This document shows positions 38,693-51,721 of a stretch of DNA of 64,000 nt, piece after piece. The DNA comes from Tilletiaria anomala UBC 951 (Eukaryota): the NCBI RefSeq assembly GCF_000711695.1, contig NW_013547017.1:62001-126000 (forward strand). The letters are read 5' to 3'. The position numbers and the translations under genes were made by a program. The notes beneath the pieces were generated by a model, which worked only from the letters and a program-made list of their open reading frames with translations, did no database searches and was not told the origin of the DNA. Positions within the stretch are counted from its first letter, which is position 1; every line of letters starts with the position of its first letter.

Positions 38693-39819
38693 GGGCTGAA
38701 GAGTTGTCGGCCGATAAGTGACAGACAGTTGCAGGCGCAACGGAGAAGGGGAGAGAAGAAGGAAGCGAGCGCGCGCGAAACCTACAGATCACGCAGCCCA
38801 ACAGCCGATTAACTGACTCTCTTTGCCGGGGTGTGCACGATGATTGGCGAGGAGTGCTTTCTTTCCTTGCGTTGTTAAGTGTTCTCGGTTTCGCGCGTCT
38901 CTCTCTTTTCCGTTCGCTCTGCCTGCAGTTCCAAGCCCAGTCCAGGCCAGGCCTCCATACATACTACTCCTTTGTCCATGTCATGCCATCAGCCATCAGC
39001 TATAACAAGAATATGAATGCAACCCTCCATGCTCCGATCGCCCTTGGCCACCCACACTGGTTCCTCTGCTGTGGCTTGCTCACGCATTCTGCGGTTGAAT
39101 GCGCCGACGCTGGCACGGGCGTCCCGGTGTGGTCTGACGCGAAGCGGGCATCGGCCAAGGCCCATGCCGGGCGCTGCAGACAGTCGCCCAGTGCCTTACT
39201 CACAGAAGACTGCATCCACTTCGCTCTTGTCCTCGGCAGGCACATCGGGCACACCGCCCAACAAAGTTCGAGGGGTGAGGAGAGGAGGAAAAATCTCCGC
39301 ATGAGTTCGACTCATGAAACAGCCGCCATCATGAATCGAAGGAACAGTGTTGAACACACCCCATCCAACCAAATTACGTGCACATGTACATTCATTGTGA
39401 GCGCGGTGCAGACGGGCGACCGAGAATGCTGTCGGCGGAGGCGAAAACGCCATAAAGGGAGATGACGAGGGCGGCATACACGCTCACGCAGATCCGAGGA
39501 TACCCATCCTGGTCTGCACAGCCCACGAGCTCGCGTTGATCGGGACAAATGGCTGCTGATGCGGTGATAAGAGGGCGTACAAGTACATGCATGCGACGCA
39601 GCTGCACGGTATGGACAATTCGGCAGGGAGAGAGCAGCGGCTAATATGCACACGCGGGCGCAGCATCCATTCATCGAACGGAACCCTTAGGCGCGAGCCA
39701 GCCTCGCTCTGTGGCAGACCAGTCGACCTGCTTCACCTTCCTTCTCCCATTCCGCGGCGCCGCAAGCAAGGTGCTGCTGCTGCTGGCCTGCTGCGAATGT
39801 GTTCCTGTCTCTCGTCCAA

Positions 39820-41408
39820 TCAGTCGGATGCGGCAGGAGCAGCAGTAGCAACGGAAGCTGCAGAAGGCGTGGTCCCTGCAGGACCGGTGACGTTGCTACT
39901 CTTCAGCGCTGGCGGCTGCGCCTGCGAGAGCAGCTTGGACAGTTCTGCCAGTGTCGACAAGACATTAAGTGGAGGGCCAATCAAGAGAATGTCAGAGAAG
40001 GAACCACAGCAGGCCATTGACTAGACTCGATGCAATCAATCACTCACGCTCAAAGGGAATCTCCTCGTTGATCACGACCGCCTTGATCTCATTGTCCGCC
40101 GTGGCAGGCGCAACAACGTAGCTCTGCGTCTTGCCGTCCTTGTCCTTGCCATCCTCAAAAGTCCAGCCATCCTGCTCCAGGCTTGCGACAAAGTCGCGCA
40201 ACTCCTCGCCGACCTTGAGGTTCAGGTAGCTCGCCAGCCTCTGTTCGCTGATCCGCCGGAACGTCGACGCCACCGTGTCCATCACGATCTTCCGCACGTC
40301 CTCCTCGAAGCGCGCGACGTTTGACGTGTACTGACGCGCATCGTCAAAGTCCTCGTCGTCGTACAGTGTGCTCCAGAACTGGCGGAAGCGCGAGCTCTGC
40401 AAGAGAGAGGACAGCTTGGCCAGGCGCAGAATTAGGGCGTCGTTCAGGTTTCCCGCCAGGTAGCTCTTGTTCTCATCCGCTGCTGATGCTTCCTTTGTTG
40501 TTGTTGCTGCTGCTGCTCCCTTCTCACCGTCTGCTTCGCTCTGCTCTGCTTGGTTAGCATTGCCTCCTTTTCCCCCTTTATGTGATAGCGGCGTTGCATC
40601 CATCTCCAACGGTGCCTCTCCGAGGAGCGAAAGGCAGAGCTTGAAATCGGGGTACGGGACAGAGAGCATGGCCTTGATCAAAATGTTCACCACTACCTCG
40701 TAGTTGAATTGATCAGGGTTGAACTGGTATCTGTATGTGATTGCAAAAGGGAGCATGTGTGAGCATCGCATCATCTCTTGAGTAGCCAGAAGGAGCCAAG
40801 CGCAGAGTGTTGAGATCCAGCCGCAATCCCGTCCTCTTCCATGCAAAGTATGTAATAATCAGATAGAGCTAATTCTTGAAACCTCATCGGTAGCTGGGCG
40901 CTTCACTTCCCAATGTACCATAGGAGACACGAGAATGTGTTTTGTAGAAGTTTTTCATCCCAAAGCGGCTCGAAAGGCTCGCAACGATTCCTCTGACTGT
41001 GGCCAAGGCCACCTTTCAAGCCGCTGCTTTCTTGCGCCATGCTTCCCAGCCCTTGTGGCCATCGCATGCAGGCACTTCCCGTTGGCCTGCATAAAGGCTC
41101 TTCGACACTTACAGCTTGAGGATTGCCAGGTTTGCGAGGCAGTCGTATCCTCCATGATCGAGCTGTTGCCCAATGTACTGGTGAAGAACCTCGAGATTTT
41201 GCGGGTTGTATCGGTCTGGGAAGGCGATACACATGGAAAGTCAGCCCAGAATCAGTTTCAATGAGCTTCAACAGGCGGCGGATCTCTGGGAAGATGCTGG
41301 CTCGGCCTGGGCGATCGCGCACTGACCAACTCCATTGATCAATTGATCGATATGCTGTGGACGGGTCGATGGGGTGACCCACTCTCGTGCTGTTGATCCA
41401 ATCGCCAT
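39820..41408 (-). CDS. eIF3k: Translation initiation factor eIF3 subunit k (four exons)
   Basis: MAIGSTAREWVTPSTRPQHIDQLINGV|DRYNPQNLEVLHQYIGQQ...YDCLANLAILKL|YQFNP...ILIKAM...PYPDFKLCLSLL...FRQFW. Last exon QLSKLLSQ. Confidence 0.92.
40855..40966 (-). ncRNA. Intronic box C/D snoRNA, SNORD44(U44)-like guide to 18S rRNA
   Basis: Lies in the 382-nt eIF3k intron 40731-41112. C-like box GGGATGA (40961-40955), C'-like CGATGA, D box CTGA (40862-40859) preceded by ATTAGCTCTA, which complements conserved 18S UAGAGCUAAU. Flanking AGCCGC/GCGGCT external stem. Confidence 0.7.
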
Positions 41409-41777
41409 GGCCGCTGTGTCTTCTGAGCGGTTTCAGATGCTGAAAGGAAATGCGAGGCGCTGTCTACGATTCTCTTCTCCTTCCCAGTTGAATGTGGTGT
41501 GTACTTCCACGACGTGCGTCACAACAGTTGGCAGTGCCTCAAAAAAGATGGGCCAGAAGAAAGAAGATCATCTCCTTCCAAGAGTAAAAGAAAGTGAACG
41601 AGAGGATCCGGTCACAGTTCCGCACTTCCGCACCTCTCGCGACAGAACGACAAATGGGAAAGCGGGCACTGGAACGGTGTCGGTTTCAGCACTCCACTTC
41701 ACAGGCAACGCAAGTTGGGGTCCTCTCAGGGTCAATGACTTCCAATGGAGAAACGTGAAGGCAATCGAACTGCATAA

Positions 41778-42806
<1,029 letters not shown>

Positions 42807-43049
42807 GGCGCTCTATCGTGCTGCGCCTGGCTACCACTTGTTCAACCTCTTGATCAAGTCGTCCGGGCGTGATATGAGTGAACGAGTTCATGGCACATAT
42901 AAGCTTGCTCATTTTGCTTGAACATATCGTTGTTACATAGCTATCGTTTACTTTCATTTAATCCGCAAACCATTGCGTCGGAATGCATTTCTTGATTTGG
43001 AAACAGCGATGAATGGAAGGTGAGCCGGTCAGGTTACATTGTGAAAGAT

Positions 43050-44420
43050 GAGAAAGGATGAGAAAACAGTCGAAAGGGGTGCAGGTTTTACAGCTCGAAA
43101 GAACATCTCGCTCCCGTCTGCGCAGCATCTGAGGATGAATAGGCTGAGCATTACGCCCCAGTTCAGAAAGCCCGAGTCGGACCTCAACACGTGAGACGCG
43201 CAGAGAGTGCACGGCTGAGCAGGAAGCACCACGCTCTCGCAGAGTAGTGCGAGCTGGCTTCCTTTCAGACGAAAACGGCGAGGACGATGCCGATGACGAT
43301 GACGAAAAGGCGAATAAAGTCAAGGTAGAAGCTTGGTTGGTCAGACACGCTATTCCTTTCGCATTCCAAGTGTGTGCTCGCTCATTGAACGTTCTGATTT
43401 TTCAGCTTGTCGTCAGTGCGTCAAGAGAAGTGGTTGCGCAGCGCAAGAGGCTCAGTCGCCTAGAAGACACATCTCATCATTTTGGTAGATTTACGCAAGC
43501 TCGAAAATCAAAGGTGATCCTTCAGCTGCCTCCCCCGGGGCCAAAGCAGGTAGATAGAAGCCAAGGGTGGTAGATAATTTAAAGAAAGCAAGTGTGTAAT
43601 AACACGAACTGAAAGTAGCGTCATCAGTGAATGGTCTATCATCGCACTTGCTGGCGCGCCTGAGCAGGTCCATACGAGATGGCTTGATGCAATTAGTTGG
43701 ACGGATGACTTGCGTCTGTTGGCGCAAGAGCTAAATGCATTAAAGTCGAACAGCTTTGCCATAGTTTGTCGAACCTTTGACGAAAAATCTTCTTACGGTC
43801 GCAGAGCTCTGCACAGAGTGCAGTCGCAGAGCATAGCTTGGGGGTGATGTCATAACTTCTAGGAACAACTACTTTAGTACACAGCACTTATGTCAGAGAG
43901 ACGGGAGATACTGATACTCACGACGTATCTGTAGACAAGTATATTCTCTACAGCTGAACACAGGTTCAGAGCCTTCAAAGGCGATGGTGTGAGTGACGCT
44001 CAGATACGTGTGAAAGGTTTCAGGTTATAACTGACGACAACGTCGATCATTTGTTTCGCCGCACGGTTAGAAACAATTGACATGCCAGGCGCGGAAGCGG
44101 TGCTAATGCCCATAAAGGTGAATGAAGGGACTCACTGGTCAGTCTTGGTCATAAACCTCGTTAGCCAAACGTGTCTCTACTGTGATCCGATGCGCGGTTC
44201 TCCCTCTGCCATGAAGCTGGCGACGGTGTTAGATTGGGGGGAGGGGGCATTGGGCGCAAAGCGAGAAAGTATCATTGATCTATTCGTCAAAATGGATGTT
44301 GAGCATTGCACATGATTGTCCAAGCCGACTTGACACATGGAATGGGGGTATTCGTCATGGCCATGAAGAAATATTTGTGTTATAGGAATGCATATGGTGA
44401 CGAAAAGAGTCAGCTCATAT
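43050..44420 (+). pseudogene. Degraded Ulp1/C48 SUMO-type protease relic
   Basis: LTVAELCTECSRRA*LGGDVIT (43792-43857, TAG where Trp is expected), VLMPIKVNEGTHWSVLVIN...LYCDPM (44082-44195), then after a stop/frameshift VQADLTHGMGVFV with no catalytic Cys. The 5' boundary is uncertain. Confidence 0.6.
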
Positions 44421-45118
44421 GGTCCTTCAAGGCGGAGGATATAAATTAGATGAGGCTCAAACGCCTGCTGCGGATTAAAGACTTGCCTGGATAAACAGTC
44501 AATGTACTTAGCAATGCGAATCATTTACTAGCCTTGCAAGTCTGAAGACTTGAAGAAAGCAGAGAATTGCTAAGCTTTCGCCGCTTGAATGCAGCAAGTT
44601 GGCATCTCTGGCCAGTTTGGGAGTGCCAGGTGGACATGAATTGCCGGCCGCATTGCTAGATTGTGAAGATAGCCTGCACAGCAAGGCCTAGGAGTCATGA
44701 TCGCATTATCACATGCTGTAGGTGATAGATCCAATGCACACAAGGAGCATAAAATTGGATAGATAATGACGAAGGCAAAGTGGAGCACCTTGTGCGACAG
44801 TTGATGCTTCGTGCATTAGGAAGTGGGAGCGGAACGCGCCCGACGCCCTTGTCTAGGTACGAAGCAACAACTTCCAATGGTGCGACAATTAACAACCGAT
44901 GGAGGTTGCGAGGAGTCCGTGGAGCATCTCTCGTCAGGATCAAGATCAAGCAGCCCGTAGGAGAGCGATCAGCTGTGTCAGAGTGGTCTTACATCATCTT
45001 TTCTTGTGACCTGCATATGGAGTAGGTGTTTGGCAAAGAGGACGGCAAAACCTGAGAGTCCAGCCGTCGCTCGTCCTCTGGCTCGGAGGTTGGGTGTGAA
45101 GTGCCCAGCTTGTACGCC

Positions 45119-48070
45119 ATGCACAGGAGCAAGGGCAATCAAGGTGGTCACGCTCAAGCGCCACAAGGGCAGCAGCTCGCTGCGTCCTCGACTCAGAACC
45201 GGACAGAGAAGGTCAAGCTGACGCTCGAGCAATGGTCGACGCAATTGGCACCACTGTCCGATGTCGACAAGGCATCCGTAACTACGCTCGGAGAATGGAT
45301 CGACGGACAAAAGAAAGCCCATGCGTTAGGGCAACGGCGGCGAACCTCGCAGAGCGATGACGTTGCTGCAACCGGAGGGAGCATGGGCCTCAATGGTCAT
45401 GCACAATCTCCCGCAACACGCAGTGAAGCGGGGCGGTCAGGCAAATTGGACGACTCCCTAGAAGCTGGGTCGTTGGATCGCAAAATGCAAGCAGCCCTGC
45501 CTTCGAAGCCGCTCTCTGACACAGCAGCATATCAAGCATGGATCGCTTCGCTAGAAGACCATATCTTCTCCACAAATGAATCATCATACGTCGCCTCAGT
45601 CGAACAAGTGACGCGTGCAAGGAAGGCAGTCGATGCAATTCTCGAGGATATTGAACGCGCCGCTGTACACGTCTCTGAGCTTCGAGCTGGGTGCCAATAC
45701 GTCGAAGAAGGAACAATGGGTCTGCGCGAAGATGCAGAAACCCAGTTAGAGAAGATGGACCGGCTGCACGAGCTAGCTGAGGGATTATCCCTACGCAGGA
45801 GCTACTTTGCGCTGCTGCCGGGTATCACGCGCTTCCTGTCCAGTCCTTCACCCGACCTTTCCCTTGTCCTCGCCCCAGACTTTCTACACAACCTCGACAA
45901 GCTAGACGTTGCGCTGTCCTTCGTAGCAGCACACGAACACTACAAGGACGCGAACTTGTATCGGATGCGTTTCGAGCAGTGCATCGTCAGAGCCGCCAGC
46001 TTGATACGCATGTGGCTCTTTAGATGGACGGCAGACTGGACGACGAAGACGCAGGAAGGATTGAAAATTTGGCAGACGAACAAGATCAGAAAGGGTAAAG
46101 AGAAGGAGCGACCCGACTCGCTAGAGCTTGGGGATCCCCGAATGGTGCGCTTCCCTCAGTTGAACCTTGTGGGAGCTTGCCGTGTGCTGATTGTCTGCCT
46201 TCAACAGGAGCTGGCAGAACTCGCCATCCAATCGCTTTTCTTTGATCCACAAATCAACGAGACGGCGCAAATTCGCACATTGTTGGTGGAGCTTGAGAAA
46301 CGGTCACGAAAGCTAGGCGCCGACGAACAGATCGACTCACAGCCCTCAAGAGAGCAACAAGTTATCAATCGTCGGGAGCAGGGCTATGAGACCGTCTTCC
46401 TGCCAGAGGTTGGGCCCATCCTCACAGATTGTCGCACCTCCCTTTTCACGTCACGCCAATCACTACTTGCCAACTTTGTCAATGCCAGTTTCATCCGCAT
46501 AGATGCATTCGTTGCCTCCGAAGGGGCAGTGGGATCTGCACCCTCATCCTCCACTCCCACCAACTCTCTCCTCAAATTCCTAGATTTCGCTCTACGCTTT
46601 GCTATACCTCTTTGTGCAGACGAAGAGGAGTTGTGCTCGCAGATGATGGACATCAGGCCGCCGCCTGAAGGCCTTTCAAGCGGACAATGCGAATTCGTTA
46701 CACACATGGAAGCACTCGTCGCGACGCCATTGCTGGACAAGCTCAAGATTAGACTCGCCAAGGAGACCGAGTTGGCCACTCTTGCTAGAGCATGCCATTT
46801 TCTCTGGACTTGCCAGCTTGACCCCCCCGCAGACACCCGGCCTGTTGACTCTGTTTCGCTCCGACGTACCTTGGCCCCTGTTCTGAAGGAAGTGCGTGCA
46901 AGGTTGCTCAGCCGCGCGCAAGCTGTAATCGCATCGCACGTCGCAGCCTACATGCCAAGTCCTGCAGATCTCGATTACTTTGACAACCTTAAGCTGCAAA
47001 GCAATGGCGGTCTCAAACCCACCGCAGCCGCAGGTCATCGACGACGCATAAGCAGCATAGGCGGTGCTGGTCTCTTAGGAGCTGCAATCGACGCGGAGGA
47101 AGAGTCAACATCAAGTCCGACGTCAGGCAGCCCATCACATCTGTTCACCAAGCCTTCCAATGAAGCTACACGCACCTGGTATCCCGCTTTCTTTCGCACA
47201 TTTGAGATCCTCGCCGTGCTACACAAAGCTCTCTCGTCGGAGCAACTGAGAGACGCCGGCTCTCAAGCGCTTCGGAGTTGTCTTTCGGCTTTGAGGAATG
47301 CTGCTCGCATCATGCAACAGTGCCCAGCTGCATCAACGCAAAGCACTGCCGCTTTCTACTCCGACTTGTTCCTTTTACGGCACGTCCTCTTGCTGCGCGA
47401 GGCACTCGTCTCACTTGACGTTGCTGTTCAGCATCTGCAGGAGCGTGAGGCCGAGGGTGGCGCGTTCAACTCGGCGCAGATCAATGATAGTGCCCCAGGC
47501 ATCGATCTTTCCGTGCTCGTCTCTGCTCTGAGCACGCTCTGGGCCAGTACCGGCGCTCTGCTTGATCCAAGAAGACTGGTCCAAGCTTCGAATCAGCGAG
47601 AAGCAGAGACAGAGTCCGATCAGGTGCAAAACGGCATCTCTGCACTACGTTTGAGTAACTCGGCGATCTCGAAGGAGCTCAAAGCCACGTTGCAGAGCAC
47701 TTCTGCCGCTGTACGCGACTATGTCGTTCGCTCTGCAAGTTTCCCATTACGAGTTTTCCTGGACACCGCATCCAAGGCGATTCAGGGAGAACTCCAGAGC
47801 AATCTGGACACATCTGCAGAAAAAGCAACAAACGCATTTGACTCATTCCAGACGACTGCAAGGGCTGCGCTGACCGATGCAGAAGCTGATTTCAGCTTGT
47901 ACCTTGGCGATGACTTGGCAACCGAAAATCTTCTGCGGGGAACTGTGGAAGAACTACAGGAAGTTTACGAGCAATTCAGTAGTTTGGTTTCACAAGCGTA
48001 CTCCCTCGTTGGGCTCAAGCCTGACGTTTCTGACGCAATCGGATGGCGGCTCACGTCACCGAACAAGTGA
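45119..48070 (+). CDS. COG3: Conserved oligomeric Golgi complex subunit 3 (Sec34)
   Basis: L.YF..L..ITR.L..P, F...L.KLD....F...H..YKDA.LY..RF.QC..RA, DC...LF..R..LL, P...DL.Y, TWYP and LFLLRHVLLLRE. 63-nt in-frame intron 46145-46207. Confidence 0.88.
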   Translation: MHRSKGNQGGHAQAPQGQQLAASSTQNRTEKVKLTLEQWSTQLAPLSDVDKASVTTLGEWIDGQKKAHALGQRRRTSQSDDVAATGGSMGLNGHAQSPATRSEAGRSGKLDDSLEAGSLDRKMQAALPSKPLSDTAAYQAWIASLEDHIFSTNESSYVASVEQVTRARKAVDAILEDIERAAVHVSELRAGCQYVEEGTMGLREDAETQLEKMDRLHELAEGLSLRRSYFALLPGITRFLSSPSPDLSLVLAPDFLHNLDKLDVALSFVAAHEHYKDANLYRMRFEQCIVRAASLIRMWLFRWTADWTTKTQEGLKIWQTNKIRKGKEKERPDSLELGDPRMVRFPQLNLVGACRVLIVCLQQELAELAIQSLFFDPQINETAQIRTLLVELEKRSRKLGADEQIDSQPSREQQVINRREQGYETVFLPEVGPILTDCRTSLFTSRQSLLANFVNASFIRIDAFVASEGAVGSAPSSSTPTNSLLKFLDFALRFAIPLCADEEELCSQMMDIRPPPEGLSSGQCEFVTHMEALVATPLLDKLKIRLAKETELATLARACHFLWTCQLDPPADTRPVDSVSLRRTLAPVLKEVRARLLSRAQAVIASHVAAYMPSPADLDYFDNLKLQSNGGLKPTAAAGHRRRISSIGGAGLLGAAIDAEEESTSSPTSGSPSHLFTKPSNEATRTWYPAFFRTFEILAVLHKALSSEQLRDAGSQALRSCLSALRNAARIMQQCPAASTQSTAAFYSDLFLLRHVLLLREALVSLDVAVQHLQEREAEGGAFNSAQINDSAPGIDLSVLVSALSTLWASTGALLDPRRLVQASNQREAETESDQVQNGISALRLSNSAISKELKATLQSTSAAVRDYVVRSASFPLRVFLDTASKAIQGELQSNLDTSAEKATNAFDSFQTTARAALTDAEADFSLYLGDDLATENLLRGTVEELQEVYEQFSSLVSQAYSLVGLKPDVSDAIGWRLTSPNK

Positions 48071-48150
48071 AATATATTGATGGAAGAAAACCAATGGATG
48101 ATGATTACAAGATGTTGTGGGATGTACTGATATTATCTGCCAACAGCTGC

Positions 48151-50335
48151 TCATGCCTGCACATCTCCCTCCCGATTGATTGCCACCTTTTTCGCAGGCG
48201 GACTCCCTGATTCTCCTACCGCCTCCTGTTCACCTTCCTGCGGATCATCCATCTCTTCTCGCTTACGTTTTGGTGATGAGATGCCTTCCTCTTCCTTAAG
48301 CCGCGAGACTGGGTCCAAAGCCGCTGCACCGTGTTTTGCGTCCTTGACTGTACCGGCCAATGCAGGCGTTGTGCTTCGTGACCGTGGATGCGCTGTAGTA
48401 TCGCTTGAATCCGCCGGCGTGCTGTCGCGCTTCACCGAGGCCGACAGGCTTTCGGCAGAATGATAGCATGAGGCATGATAGTACTGTCCAAGAGCAAGCA
48501 TCGGTACCAGGAATCAGCGCCAGAAAATGATTTCATTTCGGGGGCAGGTGTAACTCACACTGCTGTTCACCTCAATCGCGTCGTACCATACCCACTCCTC
48601 CTCTTCTTCGTTATAGACGCTCTTGAAGCTTTCCTTGCAAATTGGGCATGGCTGAGCGGCTACAGTCGGGTCTGTTGGCGCAATCACGTACAACGAAGCA
48701 AACTTGGCCTTCAGTACCTTCTCTTGTTCCACCGTCATGACTGATCCCCCGGCACCCCCATTCTCCGCGCCCGACTCAACACCCGCAGTGGGGGGCGAGT
48801 CGTCGAAGCCGCCGCGAATAAATTCTTCCAGCTTCGGAAACCACTGACGCGATTGTCCACGCGCCAAGCTATCCTTCACGCGCTTGTTCTGCTTGAAATG
48901 CCAATCGAGATGCTCATCTTTGCTTCGCTGGCCTTTGTCACCTGTTGGAAAGCGCCGCGCACACTGGCGACATTGCGCAGGCAGATATCCGCGCAACAGC
49001 AGCGCATCCTCAAGCAACGACGAGGAGAGATCGCGCTGCAGCTCGTGCACAGTCAGCTTGATATCGGAAGTCATGATCATCCGGGTGTATTCATCGTCTT
49101 GCTCTGGCTCTTGCGGCTGGGATTGCGCGACATTGCCCAAGAGACCGGATGCCATTAGCTTAGAGAAGAGATCGCTAGCTACGTTGCCCGAAGCAGCAGC
49201 TTCATCGCTGGTGGCCCCACTGCCAAGTGCATTGAGTGAGGCAGCGAGATTGCTTGGTAGACCGCCTATCCGCTCCGGAGTGGTCACACCCGCCGGCGGT
49301 GGGCCTGGGGCGGGCCCAGGAGGCTGCGGAGTGGGGGCGTGCTCCATGGCTGACAACTGTTCATCGATCCTGCTATAGTCGTCCTCAGGAAGCGTGCCAG
49401 TCTGGACCACTTGGCGCAGCCCTCGTAGAGCTTCTAGCCGCGAGACGAGCTCGACGTTGTCAGGATGGCGATACTGCTCTTGTGAGCCGAGCTCGAGTTG
49501 TGAGTTGATTCTCCTGAGCAAACTATGTACTTTGGACTGCTGCTGCATGCTCTGACCCGCGGATCCGGGTGCAGACTGCAAGCGCGGATCAGAACGGTGA
49601 CCCTCTGCTGACGAGTACAGTGCTTTTTCGAGTTGTTTCTGGGCATCAAAGCCAAATAGAGGGCCACCATCGCTTCCAGAATCGCGCCATGTAGCAAGCA
49701 GGTCTTCAAGCTTAGCTTTAACCGGCAAGTCAACGACACGATACGAATCCATGAAGATCCGGGCTATGTGCGGCGCCCAAAGCACGTGGTACGGATAGCC
49801 GATATTCTTGCATATGGAGTCTAGTAGGTAGAGCGAAGGCAGCCTGAATTGCGGCGGGCTCTTTATAGGGTAGCACACCACGATGGACAATGTGTCAATT
49901 GAAGTGCAGTGTGTTTCCACTGGGCTTCATACTCACGGATGTGATGTGTGTGTCGAGCACTCGAGCCACAACAGTTGACATGCGGTCCTTGTAGTCGTCA
50001 GCCATGATGGTTAACATCGTGATAATCTGCTTACTGTTGAAAGTCAACGTCGTAAGGTGGTCACGAAACGCACGTTCGAAAGCCGACGCATCATTCGCGA
50101 TGTCTGGCGCTGGAGCCATCATCAGTGCAGGCTGAGGTGCAGAGTATGGTGGCTGCATTTGGGCAAAAATCGGCTGATGCGGCGGATAATTTGAGGGCCC
50201 CGGCACAGCGTTTCCTGGACCGTAGAAAGCTTGCTGGCCTAGATAGGCTTGACCGTACGGCACTTGCACCGGAGCGACGGGAACGCCAAAGAGCGGAGGA
50301 GAGGCACCACCAGGCGCCTGAAACTGGCCGTACAT
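48151..50335 (-). CDS. PCF11: mRNA 3'-end processing factor Pcf11
   Basis: CID domain LTFNSKQIITMLT / LPSLYLLDSICKNIG, zinc fingers QCRQCARRF...HLDWHF and CPICKESF...EEEWVWYDA...YYHASC, and GQSRQWF. Confidence 0.93.
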
Positions 50336-51602
50336 CCTGCTTGAAGCAAGGTCCGGTCAAAGGTGTGATATGAAGGGCACAGCCACCAAGACGAAGCCAC
50401 TGATCTTGACGAGATGCTGGGTGTTCGACCGTCGAGACCGCGAAAGTCAGTAGCGTTTGCAACCAAAGCTGCTGGGCAGGGATGAAGGGTCGGGAATGCT
50501 GGTAGCAGAGGTAGAGTGTAATGCGAAAGCGATACACACAGGAAGAGTAGACCTTTTGGTGCGTAAGGAGTCGGGGTCAAAGGAAGAAAGCACGCCCGGT
50601 GCCCCTTAGTGGACCACCTTGGTGTCGTGGCAAGATTCCTCTCGAACAGAGTTACAGGCCAGAAGGAAGGTCTTCCACGCAATCACTAATCGTCGCTCCT
50701 GCGCCGAGTGAAGCAGTAGACCAAGCGCAGCAGAACGTCTCGCAGCGTGACTTATGACACCTGGATCGATCCTCAATTTGTTGAGGATGGGTTATACGGT
50801 GCTACTCCTCGTTGCTATCGATTTGCTCTCTCTCTCAAGACCGCTCCTGAACTAGCGGTCAGCACAATCAAACCAGCTGGTCCTCCCTCTCTCCTCTCTG
50901 CTTGCAGTCTCTGTTCGCTCCTTAGTTGAAGATAGATGCAGGATGAAAGGGAAGTGGGTTAGTGAAGACCAGGCAAGATGGGTGCCAGCAAGTGACAGCT
51001 TGGACGGCTGGGAAGCGGGCAGCCGCGCGTTCTCTGCTGAGGATTACGCATAGGGCAAGGTGACATCACGTAAACACCCGCAGATCGACATCAGTCACGT
51101 GCAAGAAGAAAAGGGCGGATTTCAGATGTACTCACGAAAAGAATGAGACAGCCGAGAGGCCAAGGTTTACCGAATTATTCAGCCCACATTCCGGCAGCCG
51201 CAGTCGCTCCCGCTACAGTCACCGAGCCGCACATCGTCCCACACCCGTAACGCCTTCAGCATTTCTAGAAGCATTCATCTCCAAGTTCGACGCTGGTGAG
51301 CGAGGGCAAGCGTCAAGGTATCAGCAAAGTAAGTGTTTACACTGTCCTCCTTGGAGACATCGGGAGCAGCCGCGGCAGCAGCAGCATCGCCAAATGTGAA
51401 TACGCAAGGACGTCCGAAAACCGCTGGTCCGGAAGGATGGTGAATGGAAAGGGGGGGGGCGCTTGGCCCGATCCTATCAGTTGATATCAAAAGGCTTTAC
51501 GGCACAGTTGGCATCACAGTAGTCGTCGGGCACATACTTGCAGCGGTGGATATCGTGATGCAATGGAGCAGGTAGAGGCTCCCTCTAATTATGGCATGAT
51601 GG

Positions 51603-51721
51603 GTGCGAATCGGGGTAGCTACATGGCGGGACGAGCTATCGGCCAACTTCGACATTATGGGGGCTTGGAAGGGCATGCTCACGGCCTCTAGCGCTTGGTC
51701 ATTGCCGAAATCAAGACAATC
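51603..51721 (+). ncRNA. Candidate box H/ACA snoRNA in putative RPL9 5'-UTR intron
   Basis: Hairpin (CGAA/TTCG, GGTAGCT/AGCTATC), then ACATTA (ANANNA, 51652), hairpin (CTTGG/TCAAG, GGCA/TGCC), then ACA at 51716 followed by 3 nt. Pocket spacing is non-canonical. Confidence 0.3.

Noticed and set aside
51575..51667. ACATTATGGGGGCTT resembling the RNase MRP/P CR-V motif
   Set aside because: No matching upstream GAAAG/GGAA CR-I element at a plausible distance; a simple local hairpin explains it.
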